A stretch of 64,000 nucleotides of DNA from Geosiphon pyriformis uo1 (taxonomy: Eukaryota > Fungi > Glomeromycota): the NCBI GenBank assembly GCA_016748015.1, contig JAAOMT010000602.1, positions 1,377,696 through 1,441,695 on the forward strand, written 5' to 3'. The notes under the pieces are model-generated. The model was given only the letters and a program-made list of their open reading frames with translations, was not told the DNA's origin and ran no database searches. Positions 41,240 to 54,909 of this stretch are shown piece after piece (position 1 is the stretch's first letter; the number at the start of each line of letters is the position of its first letter). Made by a program: the position numbers and the translations under genes.

Positions 41240-44230
41240 TAATTATGTTCAATTAACTCAAAAAAAACACAACTATAGCAATACACTTGAAAAAACAATA
41301 TTTTTGTGTCTTATAATAAAAAAACTTAATGGATAAAGTTTTAGACAAAAAAATCTTTAAAAACTGATAATCAATTTATTACCAAAATTAATTCATTCAA
41401 GAATAATCTGTTTTTAATATTACAATTTTACCAAGTTTATTTATAATATTTGATGCTTTTATGAAATTATAAAATTCATAAAAACAGAATATCCAGAAAA
41501 TTCATAAAGTAATAACTATTAGAATAGTTAAAAAAAATTATTTGTTTTTTAGAAAAGCATTATATTAACATTTTTGAAAAAATTTAAGAATCTCAAAAGA
41601 AATATTTGTAATTAAAAGTAACTTTCTTTATTATATATATGCCAAAATTGATTATGATTTAAACAAAACAGCTAATATTAAAAAACTTGAAAAGCAAATT
41701 TATTAAAATCTGTTATTAAATTAAAATATATACACAAAATTGTTATTTCTAATTTAAAAAAAATCACAACAAAAAAACTCTTTCCAAGAAATTTGAGTCA
41801 AATACTAAAAGCAATATTTAACAATAATTTAAGCAAAAAAACTATAATCTACTATTAATAAAAAGTCAAAGTTTCTATTATTAACAATATTATCATATTA
41901 CCAAATTTTAAAAAATAGAATATTACTTAATTAGTCTACTAAATTACAGCTTAAAATTCCAAAGACTTTTGGAAATTTCTGAACTAAATTATTGAAAAAA
42001 TATAAAATTTTATTTGAAAATTTTATTTTTGTAACAAATAATACTTTTTAAAACACTATTACTTAAAGATAACAAATATTATAATTACTAACTAAATCAA
42101 CAATTATTTTTTTTAAAAAAACAGCTCTATTTTAACTTTTTATAGCAATCAACAAAAAAAATAACCAATATTAAGTTCAATTAAACAATTAAACATACTA
42201 ATACCAATTTTTTCTTTGTTAATAAGTAAACAATCTTTTATTATTTCTGTTATAACATATAAAACCATTATTAAATTAAAAAAATTCTCAAGTATAAAAA
42301 AAATATTTATATTTAAATTATAAAAACTAAAAAAACAATTATGACAAATAATTAGAATAATAACAAAATAATTTAAGCCTTACTTTTTTTTAACTAAAAC
42401 AGCTAACTTATGATATTAAAGTTTCAATAAAAAATTAACTAACTTTGTTGTTTTTAAACTCATTTTTTTATAATATTTTTGTAACTTAAATACTCTAATT
42501 AGATTACAAAATTAATTTAGCATAATAAAACAAAAAAATTACAAAGCTATAATTATTTATCTTAGATAATTTAATAAGACTTTATACTAAATTCAAATTA
42601 TTAAATAAAATTATTATACATTTGGCCAAATTTTAAACCAATTTATAAAAAACCTAAGAAGCAATATTTTTTGGTTTGTTAAATTTTACTATCTTAAAAG
42701 TTTGTAAGATATTATAATACTTGTTTATAATTTTAAATTAATTTAATAAAAAGTCAACCATACCTAAACCATTAACTTAATTATAAATAGAATTTTTAAA
42801 ATTAACACAAAACTTATTTAATTAAATAAGAAGTTATTTCAAAAATTGAAAAATATTTTGTAAAAAGTTCAGAAATGTATTAACTTTTATAATATTAAAA
42901 AAATAACAATAATACAAAGTATTATTAATAGTAATTATGTTAATAACAACAACAGTTATAAAAACAAAATTTCTATAATTACTACTACTATTAAATATTG
43001 GTTATATTGTAAGAAATTATTGCCAAAAAATATCAGATCAAAATTGTAAAAACTAATATTAGCAATTAAATATTTACAAACAATAAAATATTAAACTTTT
43101 TTATTTTAGTATCTATAATTACAATACTTACTTCAATTACCACAGAATTATTACCAATATTTTTAAGTAATAATATAATTTTAATTTTAGTATTAAGCTT
43201 TATAATATAGCAATTCAAAATTTCAAGCCATTAACTATAATTAAAAATAATAAAGCAATAATAAAAATCAAATTTAATTTACAGTAGTATTTTTTCAAAA
43301 TTTAAATCATAAAAATTTATTATCTTAAACACTATTAACAGGCTATTTAAACTAAATTTTATATCTTGGTTTTATTAAAACTCAAAATTTTAATAATATT
43401 GAATCTTTAAAAAAAAAGCTATAGTTAAATTCACTAATTTTTTTCTTTTATCAACAATTAGACCATCTTTAATATAATTTTTTCAACTACAATTACCAAA
43501 AATAAAACTTTTATAGTCATATTTTTATTTAATATTAATAATTTAAATATTTATGATTTTTTAGTAAAATTGCTATTAATCTAAATAAAGTTATTATAAT
43601 AATATATACCAATATTCAAATAGAACAAATAAACATTAAATTAATACTCAACAGTAAATTAGTAAACAATATTATTATAAAATAAATTATAGACTAATTA
43701 AGTTATTAAATTAATTATATAGCCATTGTTAAAATTATTACTATTAATAAAAATACCAAGATTCCAATAAAAAAAATTTATAATTTCTTTTTTAAAATAA
43801 ATAAAATTTTAATCTTTACCAAAGTTTTTGTAATAAAAGCATTTAATATCAAGTTTTAGTTAATAATAAATGGTTAATTAAGACTTATGTTATTCTTAAT
43901 TGAAATATTCAAAAACTTTAAATTTTATTTAATGGCCAATACATTTAAGTACTTATTAATTATGACTATTTTAAGATAATTATTCTTAAATAGCCTTTAA
44001 TTAAATTTAAAAAATCTATAGTACAGCCTATTTTGAAGATATATTAAATTTCTTGGGCTAATAATTTTAGCATAAAGTTATTGTCATCAACCAATTAAAA
44101 AAAAAAGTTAAAGAAGAACTACAAGCTTTAATCTTTTTTTATATTTTATTGAATTAATATAATTAACTCTATTATTAACCAAAATTAATTTGTGTAAATT
44201 GTAAATCATGCTAATATATTATTTTAATTA
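41240..44230 (+). mobile_element. Hypermutated Ty3/Gypsy gag + aspartic protease relic
   Basis: Gag core at ~42390-42580 reads LTKTANL*Y*S...FKLIFL*YF...FSIIKQKNYKAIIIYLR*F, with stops TGA/TAA where W/Q/R are expected. Zinc knuckle at 42980-43020 reads YYYY*--GYIVRNY, i.e. CX2CX4HX4C after reversing transitions and one 1-nt deletion. Protease IKLILNSKL at 43635-43661 restores to IKLILDSGS (AAC AGT AAA from GAC AGT GGA). No RT or integrase recognised. Confidence 0.8.
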
Positions 44231-45760
44231 ATAATTAAGCATATTTAGTAAGTCAAAAAAATTGAAAATCTAAATACAAAATAAATTTTTGTTAGAAATA
44301 TTTTGTGTTTATTAATTTAAAATATATTTATCAAATTTTTAAATATAATTTCTGATCTTTGGTGTATTAATATAATTTTTTGAATAATGTAAATAATATT
44401 ATGTTTATTAAGATAATAATAAAAATTCTGTATAATAAGTTATTAAAAATTGGCTAAATAATAAAACTGTTAATTTGTTTAATATTACAAATAAATTATA
44501 AAAATATTGTAATAAATTTGTTTTAAATTTGCTATTAGATCTGTTAAATATATATTTAATAAGTAAATTAATTTTTTAATTATAGAAAAAAGTTTGAATA
44601 GTAATAATTTTTAAACTATATAATTAAAATAAAATATTATTTAATATTTGTTTTAATATATTAATTGAAAATAAAAAAAAAATTTAAAATTCATTTTAAC
44701 AGAATATTTTTATTCATAGCAAGTTTAATATTCTTTCTGATAATAATTTTTTAGTAATTCAATATATTTTAAATATTATTAGATAATCTTTTAAGATCAA
44801 TAAATAATAACAAAACTGTAATTATTTTAATTAATTAGAAAGTTATATATGTTTTTTTTTAAATATTAACAATTTATTATTTTTTATTGCAAAAATAAAA
44901 ATACATAGATATTTTGAAATTTTTTAATTTTTTAATTAACTAAAAGCATATTCAGATATAGTTTAAAAAAAATACATGTAAATATTAAAATTTTTTGTGA
45001 ATATAATTTTGAAAAAAACAATTTTTAATAAATAATTTCTTTATATAATATTAATAATATTAGTTTATTATAAAATACAATTTACTTAAAAACATTTCTT
45101 ATAAAACAGTACATTTTTTTTGTTGTACATTTTAAAATTTTTTAAATAGATTTAATTAAAAAAAAAGTTGTTAATATAATAAAATATGTAAATACTAATA
45201 ATAATTTTAACAGATTTTTTGATTATAAGATAGTAAATTTACATATTTTAACTAAAAAGTTATAACATCAATTCTAATTCTTTGTTAAACTATTTTTTAA
45301 TTTTTTAAACAATTTTTTGACTAGTGTAAAAATTATTTTTTTGGAATATAAAATTTTTTTATTTATAATATTTTTAATGTTTTTTATTTTAAAAATAAAG
45401 TTTTAATTTGAATGTTTTAACTTATTTAATCTATCATAAAATAGTTAAGTTTTTTTTAAAAATTTAGTATTGTTTTTGTTAATTAACTTTTTAATAGTTA
45501 TAATTTATGTTTCAATTAGAAAAACTTTTATTATTAAAAAAAATTTAATCTTAAAAGTTTAATTCCTGTTTAATTCAATTTGTTTTAATTTTTATCATAA
45601 AAAATAATTTTATTAATAATAACTTGATTTTATTATTTTCTATTTTTTATTAAAATTTTGTTGATTTTAAAGCTGTTAATAAAAGTTTAAAAATAACTTA
45701 TTTAGATATTGTTTTAATTTTTATAGATAATTCTATTAAAAAATTGGGTTTTTATAATAT

Positions 45761-46466
45761 TATTATGGTTAAATCTTTTACTTTTTAGCTTTTATTATTT
45801 ATTTAGCCATAATTAATTATAGGTATTAGTTATTAAAATTATTAAATTAGTTATTTTATTTTTAAAACTAATTATTAATGTAATTATTAACTTAATTAAT
45901 GACTTAATTATTGATTAAACGTTAATTTAATTATTGATTTGATTATTGCCTAATTATTAATATAATTATTAACCTAATTATTGATTTTTTTAAAAAAATA
46001 TAAAAATAAAAGCTTTTAAAAATATAAAAATAAGAACTTTTAAAAATATAAAAAAGCATTTACATTCAAATTATACTTAGATTAATACAAGAATATCAAT
46101 TTTTTTATTTTTTTTTATTATTTCTTTTATTTATTTTTCTTAATTTGTATAATTGTTAGTATTGTAAAGTATATTGAATAAATATTTATTAAAAAGTATA
46201 ATTAATATCTGATATTAAATTCTAAGAATGCTATATAAGACATAAAATTATACTAATATATTATTTTTTGTTAACAATATGGATTATTTAGATTTTTTTA
46301 TTATTTTTTAAAAATAATAATAATTAAAATATTTATGAACTAATCTTACATATTGAATTTTTATTACTTTAATTCACTTATTAAAGTTAAATTACTTTTT
46401 TAATTATTTTATCATTATACAATACTGTTTTTTTTGCTATAATAATATATTAATTTTTTTTATAAT
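45761..46466 (+). mobile_element. LTR copy 2 (heavily mutated)
   Basis: Colinear with 1085-1668, e.g. tgtattagccactgatgtcattatattagccaccct -> ggtattagttattaaaattattaaattagttatttt. Starts with the degenerate terminus TATTATGGTTAAA. Confidence 0.75.
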
Positions 46467-46679
46467 TATTATTAACTTAAATAATTAAGTTTTTTTTAAA
46501 TATATATATATCTAAATCAAATATTTTTAACTCTAATTTTTATAATTTTTTTGTTATGTATTTAACAAATATAATCTAACTATTATCTAAAAATTAGAAA
46601 CAAATTAAGTGTCTTAAAGCTAAATACAGTTTATATATTTTCTATTTGTAACTAGTTACTTAAATCAGTTCAGGCTATA

Positions 46680-48720
46680 TTATATTAATATCTTAAAAGA
46701 AAATTACCTAAAAAAAACATTTTTTAAACAATCTTAAACAACATAATACTATTACTAATTAATTCAATTAATTACTTGGCTGTTTTTAAAACATCAATCT
46801 TAATACTAATAAATTTATGTTTTTATAGTAATATTTAATTAAAAAACATATTATTATTAATTACAAACAAATTTATATGAAGGCCAAACATATTAATGTT
46901 TTTATAGCTACACTTAATTTTCAAAACAATTATCTTTTATTTTAACTTACTAACTGTTTTGTTAAAAGTACTTATATATACTAAAATTTTACTAATTCTA
47001 AAATTAAATACACTAGTTAAAACCAAATTACTATTAATAAATTGTTTAAACATAATAATCAAAGATTTAATCAGCTTAACAATAGATCTAAACAAAGCAA
47101 AAAGCTTGATCAAATCAGATTCCAAAAAAATTAACCAAAAAGAAATCACAAAAATATTAGCTATTATATTAGCAGAAAAGCAGAACTAACTAGAAAACTA
47201 AAAACTAAAGAAGACATAAAAACAGCAGTCTTAACATAAAATTTGATATTAATAAAATAAAACACAAGAGCTTTAAGAGTTTTGAAAGAAAGAGATAAAA
47301 ACATTTTACAATTAACAACTAAATAATTCAAGTTTTGGTATTTAAAACAGTATTAACATTCAGAAATTTTTTATCAGATACAATACTTTCTTAAAGTATT
47401 AGTTTTAATAATAGCTGCATCCAAATTATTCTGTGAGTTAAACATGATTAAAACAAACTGGAAACAATAACTAAAATCAAATAAATAAGAAAAAAAACAA
47501 ATTTAATTACCAATTTGAGAAATTATATTATTAATTTTATAAACAGTACAGTCAAAAAAAAAATTAATTAACATAACTTTGAACTTATTATAAAACAAAA
47601 TAGTTTTATTTTGATTTATAAGAAAAAAAATTTTAATACTATTTTTATTTAACAAAACTAATTAATAATTTAAAGCAAATACTACAATATTTAAAATCTT
47701 AAAATAAACAACTACATATTGCTAAATGCCAACAAATTTCAGTATAATATAAAAAACTTTACTAAATACATCAAAGATTATCTTAATATTAGTAGTAAAT
47801 ACATCCAAAAATATATTATACAATACAATAACAGCAAAAAAGAAACCAAACTCAAAAACTATTAAAGACTAAGTAATTTTAAAAGTAGTCAAGCAAATAA
47901 AACTTGTAAACTTAATTAGAAAAACAGATTTTAAAGACTCTTAAAAAGCAAATTTTATATAAAAAAGCTTTATATTATTTTTTGATACTAACTTTATACT
48001 CAAAAAATTATATATAAACTAAAAAACAGTCTTAATATAAACTTATTTAATCTTAAAAGTAATATTAAGTACCAAAGTAAAAACCAATTATTTAGTAAAT
48101 CTTTGACAACTAAAAATAAATTCTTAAGTACTATTAGCAGCAGCACCAAAAATAAATAGAAAAAATATTTTAATTTTTATCTAATTAGTTTAATTCTTAA
48201 AAACAAATAATCTAATAGAAAACTGTTGTTTTGTTTCTAAAACTGGCAATAATCTGCCAAAAAATATCATATTTGGCAATATAATCAATAGTTAATTTTG
48301 GTTTATTTTAAATTATAAATAAGATAATACAATAGAAATTTTATTCAAGATCTTATTAAAAATCACAAAAAGATTTAATATAACAATAATAGAAGTAAAT
48401 AGTTATTCTTATTTTTTAAAAACATTGGTTTTTTTGACTATTTTTTTTAAAAAAGTAGTGTTAATAACACTAGATATAAAAATTATAATAAGAAAAATCA
48501 ACTAATTAACTGGCTTATTGTTAAATACTTTTGGGCTCTTTAAAAAAGTAGAAACAATATTAAAATTAATCCAAGTATGTTTTTTTAAAAAAACTTTAAC
48601 TGGTAAAGAATTAGTCAAAAATGAAAAAAATGCTTTAATAATTACCAAAAACAGTTTTTTATTATTATTAACTAAAAAAAAAGCTTCCAAAATATTTGCT
48701 TAGCTGTTTCTATAATAAAA
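46680..48720 (-). mobile_element. Hypermutated LINE-like ORF1 relic (family B) with CCHC knuckle
   Basis: 47349-47308 reads CFKYQNLNYLVVNC, i.e. CX2CX4HX4C with C->Y (G->A) and H->Y (C->T). ORF-track pieces 48502-48690 and 46937-47149 are remnants of this frame. Homologous to 50350-50560. Confidence 0.7.
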
Positions 48721-48929
48721 AGAACTTTTTTAGTTGAACTTTATAAAATATCAAAAAAAAAGTATCAGTTATAGCTTTTTTACTTTTGCTTTGATTATAA
48801 TTATAAAATTAAGGAAATAAATAGTTTTTTTATAATTAATATTAAATAAAAAATAATATATTGATTAAAAATTTAATAAAAAAAAATAAAAAATTATTTT
48901 TTATTTTGCTTTTTAATATTAAAAAAAAT

Positions 48930-49390
48930 TTTAATTTAATATATCTATTATAATATAATATTTTAATAAATATCTAAAAACTAATTTAATTAATTTTTTA
49001 ATATTTTAAATTTTATATAATGCTATTATTAATAATTATATTTATATAATTATTATTAAAAATTAATTATTAAAATTAATATTAGTTTATAAAGATATTG
49101 TTAAAATTGATATAAATTTTATGAAATATAATTATATATTACAGATTAAATATTTAATTATTAAATTTTAAACATAGAATTAAGTATATAAAAAAAGTTT
49201 AATTGTTTATAATAAGTCTGTTTTAATTAATATTTATGGTTTATTTATAATTAATATTGTAATAAATATTTATATTATAAATTTTGTCTAAAATAAAATA
49301 ATTGTTTTTCGTTTTAAAACTATTTTGTAGTTGTTTTTTAATAGTTTTTGTAAATATATTTATGTTTTTGTTAACATAAATATATAATAT
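48930..49390 (+). mobile_element. Possible 3' end of a LINE ORF2 relic
   Basis: Restored reading (KHR...GLIA...SVP.S.HGL) resembles the C-terminus of Geosiphon repeat ORFs as recalled. Weak. Confidence 0.25.
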
Positions 49391-49999
49391 TATTTTAATT
49401 GATTTAAATAATTGATTATATATAAAAAGAGCATAAAATTATATTTATTTTAAAATTTAATATAATTATATTATAATAAGTAATAGTTTAATTATATTTA
49501 TTAAATATAATTTATTAAGACAATTTTTTTAAATTAATAAAAACAAAAATAATTCTAAAATTAATATAAATAATTTAAATATTAAAACTTAAAAATTCTT
49601 ACTAAAAAAATTTTATTTGTTATAAAATTATTAAAACATTTAATATTAAAATTGTGTTAAAATTTATTAAATAAACAATTATATTTATTTATTTTCAATA
49701 TTATATTTGAAAATAAATTATTAAAATATATTGAAATTTTAACAATAATTTAACTTAAAAATAAGTTTTAAATAATATTATATTTTTGCAATTAGCAAAT
49801 TTAATTATCAAAAAACTTTAATAATTAAATATTTAACAATATGCACAATTATCTAATATACTATTATTATTAAAATAATTTATTTTTTGTTTAAATACAA
49901 TAATTGTAATTTTAATACTGATTATTATTATTATATTTAATACTAAAAACATTTAACATTTTAATTATTTAATTATTAATTAATATTACAATATTTATA

Positions 50000-50580
50000 A
50001 TTTTAAGTAAATTTTAATAAAATACACTAAATTAAATTTAAATTTAAAAATTGGCTGTAAACAATAATTTTCTTTTTATTGTAATAATAATATAACAATA
50101 TATCTATTAAAATTGGTTTTAATTAATACATAATTAAATTATATAATATATTAAATTTTAGTTAATTATTACCAGTTTTAAAACAAAAATAAATTATGTT
50201 TTTATATATAAATTTGCTTAATTATTTAATTTTAAAAATTAAAGCTTTTTTTTCTCTAAAAACACTATTAATTTTAATAATATTTAAAAAATAATTACAA
50301 CTTGTTAAAAAACTTTTAAATAAAAAATCTTTATTTTAATATTTAATAAAACTATAAAACTTAAGTTGGCTAATATTAAAACTGTTTTTTAGTTTTTATA
50401 TGGTTTTATTGGTTTGAAATTGGTTATTAAAAACAATTTTAAACTTTTTGAATAAATTTTGCATTTAAATCTTTTTTAAATACTGCTATTTAAATTATAT
50501 TTGTTAATTTTTTTCTTATTATTTTTAAAATTATAAAATTTTCTGTAATATTTGATTTTTGTTTTTGCTTTTTTTAAGTA
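50000..50580 (+). mobile_element. Second fragment of ORF1 family B, inverted relative to 46680-48720
   Basis: 50354-50449 IKLKLANIKTVF*FLYGFIGLKLVIKNNFKLF aligns with minus-strand ~48057-47960 FKIK*VYIKTVF*FIYNFLSIKLVSKNNIKLF. Shared DNA ATTAA(A/G)ACTGTTTTTTAGTTT. Confidence 0.65.
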
Positions 50581-51680
50581 TAAAAAATCCATTCAATGAT
50601 AACAATGACTGTGACAATAACCAAATTTTTAAGCTAAGAGTAATAATAATTCAGAGTAAAAGTTTCAATTGATTTAATTTCAAATATTGAATTTTTTATA
50701 ATTAAAATTTAACTGGAAATATTTTTATTTATTATTATTTGAAGTAAAATATACATTTTTTAACTAAAATTTTATTCTTAAACTTTGATTTTTGTAGAAC
50801 AAATTACAAGAGAAAATCAATATCTACTTTTTTAAATAAAAGCCAATCAAATTTTATTGACACATATTGAAATTCATTAGGTTTTTGTTGAAAGAAAAAC
50901 TTTGTTCTCTGAATTATAGATGTTATTGGACTGTTTTTTTATTAATATCTAAAACTTTTTGCAACTAGTTGAAAAAACTAATTATTACAACACAAACATA
51001 AAAAGATTACTTTCATTTGATTTATATAGATAATACAATTTTTTAAAAAATAAAATCTTACTATAGTAAAAATTATAAATATTTGATTTCTGAAAAAAAG
51101 CACAAGAAAATTCTTAAAATTAAAATTTTTAGTTTTATTGAAATTTATGATAATTCTTATAGACTAAATTTATATTACCTAATATCTTAAAGATTTTTAA
51201 TATTGTAAATATATTATTTATTATTCTGTTTATTTTCAATTTTAGATTTCTTTGACTTTTAGTAATTTTACTGATTGATCTTACTAAAAACTAGTTGTTT
51301 TTGATAACTTAAATATTATACATTTAATAATTATCTTCTAATGCTATTCAGCTAACCGTATAAAAAAATAAATGGATGCCAATTATATTTGTCTAATATG
51401 GCTTTTGTTTACTCTCGGCCCCAATAAATTAGCTTTTGTCATTATATTTGAATTGTTCCTGGCTCTTATGGATAAATCTAAACTTCAAAATATTCCTCTT
51501 TATTAAAATTATTTAATATGAGCAATTATTCAAGAAAATATATCCTAAAAAATGATTTAGGATGTATTGGTTTTAAAATAAGATTTCATTTGCAATTTTG
51601 ACTTTCTTGAAAGGGTTTAGAGCAATAGGCTATAAAAAACCATGTGGGTACAAATTTCAAAATTGAGAGTCCTATTTAGC

Positions 51681-53098
51681 CTAACATCTAATCAAGTGGT
51701 TTAATTTTTGATGATTTTGAAAAACTTCAAAATTATCAAAAAAAATTCCACCGTTGTGTTTTCTGATCCGGGCATTATAACGTCTCATAATTTGTTTCCT
51801 TTCGACAACTGCATGGAATAGGTTGAAAATTACTACTCTTGGTTCGAATACTATAAATGCCAATTTGGGGTCCGAGCTCTTTATAACCATAAGTCCAGAT
51901 CCACCAACGAATTTGCCAAGTCTATATTTTGAGGTTTGCCATCTCCAAGGGAAAAAATAAAACTTCCCTCTCCATTTAAACTTGAATTTAAAGAGTGCCA
52001 AGATTCTGGGGTATATCTGCCAATCAATTGACCAGTCCCTTTAACTTTGATTACAGTAATTGTTGCTCCTTTGTTATCACACAACCGATGAAAATCATTT
52101 GGTGAGAATCCGTCTCGACTCGTAGTAGTAATTTAAAATTATTTCCAAGTCGGTTTTGAAAAGAAGTATTTTTCGTCTTTGCCTTGAATCCAATGATTAA
52201 GCTGCTTTATATTATGTGGTTGAAGAAGCTCTGATTCAATATTTGATTGTGAAAACCGTAATGGCTGATAACTCTCGGTACTAAATAATGGTATAAAAGA
52301 TCTTTATATAAGGTTCCAGGTAAACTTCTCGCAAATGACTTTACTTTATGATAAAAGTCAAATGAAGAGATGTTAAAGAACCGGATTAAAAATAGAAGTT
52401 CTCCAATAGATTCCTTAAAAGCTTCAAAGTTTACATCTGTCCAATTAAGAACTTTACAATTGAATATCATTGCTTAATTTAGTGGCTCCCCGTTCTATAA
52501 TCTTTCCCATATTTAACTTTCTTTTATATTTAGGTCATCCGGTATAAAATTGAGCAAAGAGCATTTTTATTAAGGGAGGTAAAATCTTGAGAGTTAAAGA
52601 CTGCTGCTGAATTGTTGACAGCTATTTCGGTGCAGAATTTTTGTACCTTTTTGAATGATGGATGAAGGATGTTAAATGAAATTTTCTTCCAACTCTTCTG
52701 TATAGTGTTCAATTAGATAATCTTCAAGGTGATCAATAAGTTTTTCTAGAATAAGCTCGTCAGCGGCAATAAGCAATTCTAAGATTGTAAATGTTCCGCG
52801 TTCATTAAGAGATATTTCAAATAAAAAATTAAATAGTCATGAATAGAAATATTGAGAAAACAAAATTACTTACCGACCGAAGAATCACCTCAAAAATATC
52901 GAGCGATATATTAGGCTTAGAAAAGATAATGGTGTTATTTTCTCTTTTGACCCAATCAGAGTGCTATAGCAAAATACGAGGATCTTGCTGAAAAGTTCTA
53001 ATATTCGGCGCAATAATCCTAACATCAGAAAATTTCTGACTATTTAATAAGCTCCCAAAATGGTAAGATAAAGCGTGAAAGAGTTGTTGGGGTGACAT
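51681..53098 (-). pseudogene. BTB/POZ-BACK-TLDc protein pseudogene (Glomeromycotina-expanded family)
   Basis: ATG at 53098: MSPQQLFHALSYHFGSLL...SDV...KPNISLDIFEVILR, intron, then LELLIAADELILEKLIDHLEDYLI, FKKVQKFC...VFNSQDFTSL, IRFFNISSFDFYHKV, and TLDc pieces SRDGFSPNDFHRLCDNKGATITVIKVKGTGQLIGRYTP...NFEVFQ. Many frameshifts and deletions, but CpGs retained. Confidence 0.85.
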
Positions 53099-53789
53099 TG
53101 ATAAGATATGGAAAGTTTAAAATAAGTTATTTTAAAAAGAAATGTATTTAAATTTTATATTAATATTAATATGCATTAGTCACTATAAATGATCATTCCC
53201 TTATCATTTAATATCGTTTAAAGTTCTTTTTAATTCCAATTTTCAAGAAATTGATATTGTGAATTAAATCGCATTTGAGGAACAAGGATACCATATCAAA
53301 AAAACACTTCAAAAAAAGGTTATCTTACACCAACATATTAGTATCTTTTCAGAAATTTTCTTTATTTAAATCAAAATCTACGAGAATTCTTTGAAGATAA
53401 CTAAATACTATACCCAAGTAAATTTAACTAAAGAAATTTCGACGTGAATAAACAAAATAAATTTATTAAATTTATTATAACATAAAATGTCAAAAAAGCT
53501 TTTGTATAAACGCAAAATAAATGTTTCATTTAATAACTTACAGCTTTATATGTCTTTTAAGCTATACATTATAAATTTTGGTGTACATATATCATTCTTA
53601 ATAATTTATTATTCATTATTTGTATAATATCATTAATGACTATTAATAAAAAACATTTTTTTAAATTTCATAAAATAATTATTAAATTGTGAATTAATAA
53701 ATTTCTTCTTCTTATGTGTAATGAAAAACCTTGACTTTAATATTCATATGACTTCATTAAATTTTTATAGTAATAAAATTACTTTTTAT

Positions 53790-54500
53790 TTAATTCACTT
53801 TGCTCAGCTCAAAATTTTTCTGAAGAATAAATTGTATGATGATGAGTACACTTTTCAATTAATCCCACCAAATATTCACGGAGACCTTCATTTTCCTCCA
53901 TTCTATATTACAATAACCGACACTACTATGGTTTTCAATAAAAAGGTTTTACTTTCTGCATTTTTGAATTCTCCTTAATAAATTTCCTTGGTGTAAAGGA
54001 TTGAACCACTTAATTCTTTGTTATCCTTGCATTTAGCAGTTAAAGCAAGAACTTCTCAATCTTTTCTTATAAATATTCTATAATTAATTGAAAGTGATTT
54101 TGCTTCAATAATCAAAAAGAAAGTAAAAAAATCATACAATATTGAGAATAATATTATGAAAGAAAGAAATTACTCTGCCAATTTTTAGTTACCTACTTCT
54201 CCAATATTTTTCACTTCATAAACCTAAAAAATTGAATTATAATTCAAATAGGTAAATTTAAATTTGAAAATAATCATTCATCAAAACCATTTTGTCAACA
54301 TTTGTGGTTGCTATTATTGCTATTGCCATTAGTATTTGGATCAAGAAATAGTACTACTTTTTTAAGGTAAAAAGATGGATTTAAAAAAAGACTTGCTTTA
54401 AGAATATTTATAGTAAAATTACTAACATCTGGATGAGTGATAGTATGTAAATTTGCAGGTTTTGTTTTTGCATAAGTATTTAATTTCAGGCAAACATTTT
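53790..54500 (-). pseudogene. Partly mutated spliced-gene remnant, unknown family
   Basis: Exon-like pieces with AG/GT borders (e.g. ag|VYEVKNIGEVGN*KLA|gt at ~54223-54174) and in-frame stops. GC falls toward the AT block. Confidence 0.3.
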
Positions 54501-54712
54501 TGTTATAAAGCCTTTATAAATTAGTATTTAGCACCAATTTTTGTTATAAAGCTCCTATAAATTAGTGTTTAGTGTTAATTTAAATCTTAAACATTAAATC
54601 GTTCCAAAAATTTCTTTCTTTTTTTGTTATAAAGCCCTTATAATTAGTATTTAATATCAATTTAAATCTCTAATAGTAAATTATTTCAAGAAATTTCTTC
54701 TTTTTTTTGTTA
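54500..54712. repeat. Imperfect tandem repeat (40-bp core TGTTATAAAGCC(C/T)TATAAATTAGTATTTAG, ~83-bp longer unit)
   Basis: Three copies starting at ~54501, 54542 and 54625, differing mostly by transitions. Confidence 0.8.
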
Positions 54713-54797
54713 TTAATATTATTTTAATTATTATTTTTGTTGTTATAAAAATAATTCTTTACTCTTTTTTTTTTTAGTTTTTAAAAATGTTAATTCT

Positions 54798-54909
54798 AAT
54801 ATTATTACTATTATTATTACTATTATTACTTTTATTATTACTTTGCTATTATTATTACTATTGTTATTTTTATTATTATTATTATTATTACTATTATTAT
54901 TATTATTAC
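54798..54909. repeat. Degenerate (TTA/CTA)n trinucleotide tract
   Basis: Direct observation; source of the poly-Asn ORF 54743-54925. Confidence 0.85.

Larger units (their letters stand above)
36300..51350. other. Hypermutated AT-rich transposon graveyard (block 1)
   Basis: Very low GC with CpG nearly absent; hand count over 47641-47940 gave 57 G+C in 300 nt, 0 CG, 0 GG, 3 CC, 5 GC. Transposon motifs are recoverable by reversing transitions. Confidence 0.85.

Noticed and set aside
46959-48703. Plus-strand ORFs 46959-47189 and 48518-48703 and other K/I/L/N/F-rich ORFs in AT blocks (54743-54925, 63458-63661)
   Set aside because: Antisense shadows or surviving scraps of hypermutated elements or microsatellites, not functional genes.
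36300-51350. AT blocks as mitochondrial insertions or Mollicutes-related endobacterial DNA with another genetic code
   Set aside because: Frames are full of TAA/TAG as well as TGA, no organellar or bacterial genes are present, and nuclear transposon motifs are recoverable.
54500-54712. Repeat-spacer pattern as a CRISPR array
   Set aside because: Eukaryotic context, the intervening sequences are themselves repeated, and there are no cas genes.
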